Assembly: GCA_048938385.1 (NCBI GenBank)
Contig: JBHLMG010000011.1
Span: 1-64,000, forward strand
From: Promethearchaeota archaeon
Lineage (GTDB): Archaea > Asgardarchaeota > Hermodarchaeia > Hermodarchaeales > Hermodarchaeaceae
Length of the DNA stretch: 64,000 nucleotides
Reading direction: 5' to 3'
The translations under genes were made by a program, and so were the position numbers. Position 1 is the stretch's first letter; each line of letters begins with the position of its first letter. Shown here in pieces: positions 58,487 to 64,000 of this stretch. The notes below the pieces were generated by a model. The model was not told the DNA's origin and did not search any database. It saw only the letters and a list, made by a program, of their open reading frames with translations.

Positions 58487-59692
58487 TCAATCGATGGGAA
58501 TTTTCTTACCATTGATGTAGGCTTCTGTCACTTCGCTATAAAATTCGAAGGGATGCCCTGACCACACAATGATATCAGCATCTTTACCAGGTTCAAAGCT
58601 TCCAATTCGTTCATGCAGGTTGAGGATCTCCGCTGGGTTAATAGTGACGCATCTCAAGGCATCGTCGCCGCTCATGCCCTCCTTAATGCAATGCATTGCA
58701 AGTAGGGGAAAATAAAGCATGGGTGTAATTGAATCGGTTTGCAGGGCAACTTTGACACCCGCATCATTAAGGGTAACCGCGGTTTTGAATCCTTTTTCTC
58801 TGACTTCGGGTTTGCTTGCCCAAAGCATCGTTGGTCCAACAACCGCTGGATATTGTTTTTTGGCAAGAAATTTCGCAATCTTATGCCCTTCAGTACAGTG
58901 GATTAGAACCAAGTGAAGATTAAATTCCTCAGCGATTCGGATGATGGTGGCAATATCATCTGCACGGTGACAATGGGCGTGAATCGGAATTTCCCGTTTA
59001 ATGACCATCGCAATGGTTTCGAACCCCAAGTCTCGTTTAGGAGGCGTTGGAATAGCCTCACCTTTTGCTTTGGCTTCCTTCGCCTTTGCTCCAAAAGCCT
59101 TCCACTCATCCAGATAGTTTTGACCATCTGTGAAAGTCTTACGAAGCAGTGCTGCTATACCCATGCGGGTCATGGGCATTCTTTTGTTATCCTGTCCATG
59201 AACTCGTTTTGGATTCTCACCTAATGCAATCTTTAGTGCAGAAGGAGACATGACGATCATATCCTCGACGACGGTTTGGGGTATTGGTTTGAAAATAAAA
59301 GCTTCACCGGAAATCACATTACCTGATCCTGGACCTGTGTTCACAGTGGTTACCCCGCCCTTGATGATTTCTTTTAATGAAGGTTCGAATGGGTAGAAAC
59401 CGTCCTTTCCTCGCATTTCGGGTGTGATAGGAGTAGTCATTTCGTTCCCATCCTGACCCATCGGTCCGATTGTGCCATCGAAGAGTCCATGGTGAGCATG
59501 GGCTTCCACGAATCCAGGTACAACAAATTGTCCTTCAACATCTGTGATTTTCGCATTACTGGGAATCGGAACTGATGGGCCAACATCGACAATTTTTCCA
59601 CGGTCAAAAAGCAGCGTACCGTTTTTAATAAGTCCCTGCACAGGACACAAAATCGTTGCATTTGTAAGGGCCCGCAAATTGGTCACCACCAT
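58487..59692 (-). CDS. Metal-dependent amidohydrolase (imidazolonepropionase-like family)
   Basis: PGFVEAHAH, GGVTT, KIALGENPK, HCHRADDI, IHCTEG, TINPA, GKDAD. Confidence 0.92.
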   Translation of the reverse strand: MVVTNLRALTNATILCPVQGLIKNGTLLFDRGKIVDVGPSVPIPSNAKITDVEGQFVVPGFVEAHAHHGLFDGTIGPMGQDGNEMTTPITPEMRGKDGFYPFEPSLKEIIKGGVTTVNTGPGSGNVISGEAFIFKPIPQTVVEDMIVMSPSALKIALGENPKRVHGQDNKRMPMTRMGIAALLRKTFTDGQNYLDEWKAFGAKAKEAKAKGEAIPTPPKRDLGFETIAMVIKREIPIHAHCHRADDIATIIRIAEEFNLHLVLIHCTEGHKIAKFLAKKQYPAVVGPTMLWASKPEVREKGFKTAVTLNDAGVKVALQTDSITPMLYFPLLAMHCIKEGMSGDDALRCVTINPAEILNLHERIGSFEPGKDADIIVWSGHPFEFYSEVTEAYINGKKIPID

Positions 59693-59805
59693 ACCATTGC
59701 TTCAAGAATTACGAAAAGCTTTGGGTGACGCGTAAAACAGATTTTTTATCAAAGGTTAGACGAAGGTGTAACTATTTCCCTCTGCTAATAACTAATGAAG
59801 CATCT

Positions 59806-60444
59806 TTAATGGCTCTGAGATCTGTTACTTTCCCGATTTGGTTCCGTTTCTGCTTTTCGGAACTTTGGAAATAGAGCGCCAGTCTGTTCTTTATATTCCC
59901 TGTAGGCATCACCAAATCGTCGGATGAGGTCCCGCTCTTCAACATATAGCATAGTGGGTGTATAGAAGAGGAGAAAGATAGTAGTCACTATGAGGAGAAA
60001 GAACGAGTTGACTAAGAGGGGTAAGGCAATAAACCAACTGATTTCCCCAAGAGTTTGAGGGTGTCGAATGTACTGATAGATTCCCCTGAACATCTTGGTG
60101 TTCGGGGACGGTGTAATAGATTCTGGTCCTGAGTCTTTGAGGCCCTTCAGCCAAATGGGAAAAGTGATGATGAAGATGATAACGGCCAGGATGCTGCCGA
60201 TCCAGGGGTCTGAATGAATTGACCAAGCGAGTTCAGGGATCGGAAGCCAAATCCAGAGAAAAATGGTGATTAGAGCGACTACCATGAAGATTGTACCAAT
60301 TGTGCGGAGGGTTTTACATTGTTTCCAGGCTTTATTACCAGCAGTTTCTGCTCGACGAGCTGGCTGTAAACTTGGAATGTAAAAGCCTGCAAAAAAAGCT
60401 AGACTGAAGAATAAGAGGAGAAGGTTAATCCAGGATACTAGCAC
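59806..60444 (-). CDS. Isoprenylcysteine carboxyl methyltransferase / PEMT family membrane protein
   Basis: TM helices, GIYQYIRHPQTLGE, EERDLIRRFGDAYREY. Confidence 0.88.
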   Translation of the reverse strand: MLVSWINLLLLFFSLAFFAGFYIPSLQPARRAETAGNKAWKQCKTLRTIGTIFMVVALITIFLWIWLPIPELAWSIHSDPWIGSILAVIIFIITFPIWLKGLKDSGPESITPSPNTKMFRGIYQYIRHPQTLGEISWFIALPLLVNSFFLLIVTTIFLLFYTPTMLYVEERDLIRRFGDAYREYKEQTGALFPKFRKAETEPNRESNRSQSH

Positions 60445-60492
60445 ATCGAACCCTTGAATCTCATATGTCCCGTTTTTTATTAGTCTGATTGT

Positions 60493-61302
60493 TTAAACTC
60501 GGTTGACGAGCTGTGACCTTAATTTCGGGATGATGGATTGGATTGCTTGAATTGCAGGAGATTGAGGGGCAAAGTCAAGGGGAGCTACGCCTTTGATATT
60601 GGCTTGACGTATTTCTTTGTCGAAAGGAATGCTGGCAAGTAAAGGAATATGGAGTGCTTTAAGGGTGGATTCGATGGACTCGTTTTCTCCTTGATCCATG
60701 ACTTTGTTGGCAACAGCGAAGACCGTATTAACGCCGATGTCTTGTGCGAGTTTCTTGATGCGCTCGACTGTATTAATTGAGGTTTGTCCAGGTTCAACCA
60801 CAATAATGAGGGCGTCCATCCCACGGGAGGTTCCTCTCCCAAGGTTTTCGATACCGGCTTCTAAATCCATCACGAAGGCTTCCTCACTTCCCACGATGAG
60901 ATAGCGAATTAACGCTTTGAGTAGAGCGCCAGCCGGGCACATACATCCTGACCCGCCAATTGTGACGGTTCCAGCAACGAGGAGTGTGACATTATCGGGT
61001 GCAGGAACGCCAAACTTCTCTGCTAGATCCGAAACATGAGGATTCAGTTTGAACATACCTCCGTATGTCTCTTTATCCATTCCCGTGCGTTCCTCAACTA
61101 ATTCGTCATTGTCTGTGAGTGGTACAATTGTTCTAGCGACATCTGAAGGAATACCCAATGCTGATGCCAGTGTGGGTGTGGGATCGGCATCTACGGCTAA
61201 GACTTGGATGCCTTCTCGACCTAGCAATCGAGCAAGAGTTCCAGCCAAGAGGGTTTTTCCGACTCCCCCTTTGCCAGCAACTGCGACTTTCACTATGGTC
61301 AC
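60493..61302 (-). CDS. cooC: CO dehydrogenase nickel-insertion ATPase CooC/AcsF
   Basis: GKGGVGKT, VDADP, GSGCMCP (Ni-binding CxC), DLEAGIE.LGRG, VVEP. Confidence 0.93.
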   Translation of the reverse strand: MTIVKVAVAGKGGVGKTLLAGTLARLLGREGIQVLAVDADPTPTLASALGIPSDVARTIVPLTDNDELVEERTGMDKETYGGMFKLNPHVSDLAEKFGVPAPDNVTLLVAGTVTIGGSGCMCPAGALLKALIRYLIVGSEEAFVMDLEAGIENLGRGTSRGMDALIIVVEPGQTSINTVERIKKLAQDIGVNTVFAVANKVMDQGENESIESTLKALHIPLLASIPFDKEIRQANIKGVAPLDFAPQSPAIQAIQSIIPKLRSQLVNRV

Positions 61303-61366
61303 CTGGTGAGTGTAGGTACTAATATACGGGGCTTAAAGCCTTCGTATTTAGCCAGGAAGTCCCCTG

Positions 61367-62647
61367 TTAAAATTGTTGGATGAACTGCTCAAGAATGGAT
61401 TCTTCGCTTTGAATATCGGGAGGCGGGCTAGTGAAGGGCTTGAGGGAGACAGGAGTCCCATCCATCCGATTGACAGTTCCTCCTACTTCCACACCAGTAA
61501 GTGCAGTGGGAATAACGAGTTGGGCTTCGCGGGTTGTCAAGGTAGGATGAGTTGATAAAGCAACGATTGGAAGATCACAAAGAGCCTTGGCAACGGGCCC
61601 TGGGAGGAGGCTTAAGGCATCCCATCCGACTATGAGGGCTGAGTCGAATTCTCTTTTGAGAAGCCCTTGAAGGGGAGAGACATGAGCTGCAGGTTTCGAT
61701 GAAGTGAAATCTATGGCATAGGGGAGTTTAGTTGCCTGTAAACTTGATTTCACGGCTCCGATTGTATTGCAATAAGTGACCATGGGAAGTGTGACACATT
61801 TACGGCCATTATTATTCAGCAATGAAGAAACCTTGGCAAGAAGAGGTAGTGACTTGGAACTATGGGAAGCGTGAAGTAATCCGCTGCCGTAGAAGAGGGC
61901 TATGAAATCAGCTGATCCGAGTTGTTTGACAAAACTTAGAAACTCGATCGCTGGGACCCCCCCAACTTGGGCGGGTGGAGTTCGTGCGTTACCTTCCAGT
62001 TCTGGAATTAATGTCTGGAGAAATTCGATATCACCATCTCCTGGAGAGAGTATTAGTTGGTGATTAGCTAATCGCATGGATTCGGAATCCCGTATGTCGA
62101 TAACTGACACAATTCGGCTCTCTCGTCCCTCTGGGATTTTTTCACCTTTCGGAAAGACTGTGTAGCGACTCGCATGTCGATGATGGCTTTCTGCAGGGTT
62201 AACTCCCCAATAGATAATGTGATCTGCCTGGTTACGCACTTCATCCAATAGTTGCTGGTGCTGGTCACCCCCTTGAAGGTTTGATTCTAACAACTGTCCA
62301 TATTCAAAACTCGCCGTACTATCAAAAACGCCCTTCAATTTCTTTGTGAGAGTCAGTCCTAACCGTATTGCTTCAGTTGGACTATTTGACCAACCAATTA
62401 GGAGGGGTTTAGAACTTTCTTTCAGGAGTTTCACTGCCAAATCTATTGTTTTTTGCAATGCATTGCGCTTCTGCCTTCCTGTGCTAGTTTTGATTAAGGA
62501 AGTTTTAAGACGAGATCGACTAGAAAAAGAGCTGCAGTATTCGTGTCCTAGCCTGCAAAGTCCCAAGGATTGTAATCCTGATTTCGTTAAAGTGACTGCA
62601 ACATCATCGCAGACTACTGAGCAACCACAACACACTGTATCCTGCAT
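61367..62647 (-). CDS. fwdB: Formylmethanofuran dehydrogenase subunit B homolog, apparently catalytically degenerate
   Basis: CCGCSVVCDD...C, EVRNQADHIIYWGVNPAESH.RH.SRY, GVEVGGTVNRMDGTPV. The VCHG and RGH motifs are absent. Confidence 0.85.
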   Translation of the reverse strand: MQDTVCCGCSVVCDDVAVTLTKSGLQSLGLCRLGHEYCSSFSSRSRLKTSLIKTSTGRQKRNALQKTIDLAVKLLKESSKPLLIGWSNSPTEAIRLGLTLTKKLKGVFDSTASFEYGQLLESNLQGGDQHQQLLDEVRNQADHIIYWGVNPAESHHRHASRYTVFPKGEKIPEGRESRIVSVIDIRDSESMRLANHQLILSPGDGDIEFLQTLIPELEGNARTPPAQVGGVPAIEFLSFVKQLGSADFIALFYGSGLLHASHSSKSLPLLAKVSSLLNNNGRKCVTLPMVTYCNTIGAVKSSLQATKLPYAIDFTSSKPAAHVSPLQGLLKREFDSALIVGWDALSLLPGPVAKALCDLPIVALSTHPTLTTREAQLVIPTALTGVEVGGTVNRMDGTPVSLKPFTSPPPDIQSEESILEQFIQQF

Positions 62648-62674
62648 GCTTCATCCCGGTTAGGCTAAGGTTGG

Positions 62675-63142
62675 TTACCAAATTTCAATGGCTTTCACAT
62701 AGCAGCCCTGCTCGCAAACTCGGCAATTCATCCTCTCAGGGGGAAATCGTCTGCACTTGTCTAGATTGATAATATGAGCTATCCCATTTTCTACTTGAAA
62801 CACTGTAGATCCTGACCTCGCTGCATGACCAGTTGCGGTATTCGGTTCTACTGTTGCATCCACAGGACAAACAACAACACAATTGCCACATCCCGTGCAT
62901 TTTGTGTCATCTAATGATAGGCCGGTTTCCTCAGCAGTTAGAAGGGGTGCAATGAGATCTGTAAGCTCTTTTAATTGGTCTGCATATTGATTCTCTTCGT
63001 ATAATGGTGTACACTCTTTGAGTTCAACTTCACGCAGAGCGAGCCGTGTTGCAAAGGCCATACAAATCATGCCACACTTCTTACAATTCGTTTGAGGAAG
63101 AAGTTTGTAAACAAGCATGGGATTCAATTTTTGGCCCGCCAT
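62675..63142 (-). CDS. Fe-S domain plus FwdG-like 2x[4Fe-4S] ferredoxin fusion
   Basis: YKLLPQTNCKKCG..CMAFA...ECTPL, then CTGCGNCVVVCPV and CR....NCRVCEQGC. Confidence 0.82.
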   Translation of the reverse strand: MAGQKLNPMLVYKLLPQTNCKKCGMICMAFATRLALREVELKECTPLYEENQYADQLKELTDLIAPLLTAEETGLSLDDTKCTGCGNCVVVCPVDATVEPNTATGHAARSGSTVFQVENGIAHIINLDKCRRFPPERMNCRVCEQGCYVKAIEIW

Positions 63143-63317
63143 ACTATCACATTTTAATTTCTGATATTTTGGTGCAGCTGCGCCTTTAGCTCTTCGGCAA
63201 TAACGAAGTAGTGTTTATAATAGCATTTGCCTTCACAATTAAATGAAAAGATTGTAAGGTAAGAAGTGTTAAAGCACTCGTAAGGGTATCGAAATAAGGT
63301 AAAACCATGCGGTGACC

Positions 63318-64000
63318 ATGGTGGCGAAACCAAAAAGGACCCCATCCCCCTCAAAAACTTCACAAAAACGCCATAAATCGAAGACCAAGAAGCCCCCTCG
63401 TATTGCACTTTTTCTTTGCCATTGTGGAAGTAATATCAAGAGTATCATCAACATTGACCAATTGAAACATTATTACGAAAAACAACCAAACCTCATCGTC
63501 ATTGATGACGCCCACTTTTGCGTCGAGCAAGGTCTCAACTTGATTCGTGAAACGATCCAAAAAGAAAAAATTGACCGAGTTGTCGTCGCCGCATGCTCAC
63601 CTCACCTCCATGGCGAGCTTATGAGTCAAACAGTCGAAGAAGCTGGACTAAACCGAGGCCATCTCGCAATTGCGAATATACGAGAACAGTGTAGCTGGGT
63701 TCATTGGGACAGCCCTGAAGCAGCTACCGCCAAGGCTCGGTTAATGATCGATGTTGCTATAAAGCGCGCTGAACACAGCCTTCCTGCCCATTCGATTGAA
63801 ATTCCGGTTACAAAACGGGTACTAGTGATTGGCGGTGGTATTGCAGGAATCACAGCAGCACTCCAATTGGCTAACTCAGGACACGAAATCATTTTAGTCG
63901 AACGCAGTGGGTTCCTAGGCGGTCATATGGCTAAATGGGATAAGCTATTTCCCAGCCTTGATTGTAGCCTATGTATCCTTGGACCCAAAATGACCGAAGT
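63318..64000 (+). CDS. hdrA: Heterodisulfide reductase subunit A, 3'-truncated by window edge (not in the ORF track)
   Basis: Translated by hand: RIALFLCHCGSNI, VVVAACSP, ANIREQCSWVH, VLVIGGGIAG, GGHMAKWDKLFPSLDCSLCILGPKM. GGTGA lies upstream of the start. Confidence 0.95.
   Translation, partial: MVAKPKRTPSPSKTSQKRHKSKTKKPPRIALFLCHCGSNIKSIINIDQLKHYYEKQPNLIVIDDAHFCVEQGLNLIRETIQKEKIDRVVVAACSPHLHGELMSQTVEEAGLNRGHLAIANIREQCSWVHWDSPEAATAKARLMIDVAIKRAEHSLPAHSIEIPVTKRVLVIGGGIAGITAALQLANSGHEIILVERSGFLGGHMAKWDKLFPSLDCSLCILGPKMTE

Noticed and set aside
6574-60444. Link between the two ICMT-family genes and prenylation of the Rab-like protein
   Set aside because: ICMT/PEMT-family proteins are common in prokaryotes, one copy is a fragment, and the Rab-like protein has no C-terminal Cys.
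63318-64000. Selenocysteine in HdrA (and FwdB)
   Set aside because: The LDCSLC motif uses TGT codons and there is no in-frame TGA in the visible part. The FwdB site is GAA-TAT. No convincing SECIS was seen.
1-64000. CRISPR array, rRNA, tRNA, transposase
   Set aside because: No regularly spaced repeats, tRNA T-loop cloverleafs or transposase motifs were seen by eye. tRNAscan-SE and a CRISPR finder would be needed to exclude them formally.

Overview
Gene-dense, roughly 43% GC (by eye) archaeal chromosome segment. Archaeal-type CODH/ACS genes, HdrA, MfnA, a Rab-like domain and many zinc-ribbon proteins suggest an anaerobic Asgard-like archaeon (inference). The right end holds Wood-Ljungdahl and electron-bifurcation genes: cdhABCD with no cdhE, cooC, an FwdB-like gene, a ferredoxin and a truncated hdrA. 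The rest is accessory. It includes cell-surface proteins (a 2304-aa gingipain-type C25 protease, a TM-anchored glycoprotein, a GT-C-like protein, DUF4185), peptidases, ABC/MFS transporters, three regulators with candidate operators, and many DNA-damage genes (ATL-like, AlkD, YcaQ/AlkZ, Fpg/Nei, SplB-like radical SAM). Highlights: (1) a zinc-ribbon Rab-like pseudoGTPase with G1, G3, G4 and G5 lost but Rab-family surface motifs kept; (2) an FwdB homolog lacking the Mo/W-ligand Cys-His and the active-site Arg; (3) a candidate ~90-nt structured RNA with a three-way junction and complementary loops; (4) a GyrI-like/AlkD/AlkZ cluster resembling genotoxin-resistance kits; (5) a membrane-anchored STAND-like NTPase-TPR protein; (6) an Fpg gene that apparently starts at CTG; (7) a 58-aa, 10-Cys miniprotein missed by the ORF track. 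I saw no rRNA, tRNA, CRISPR array or transposase. All family calls are motif recognition by eye, not database searches.
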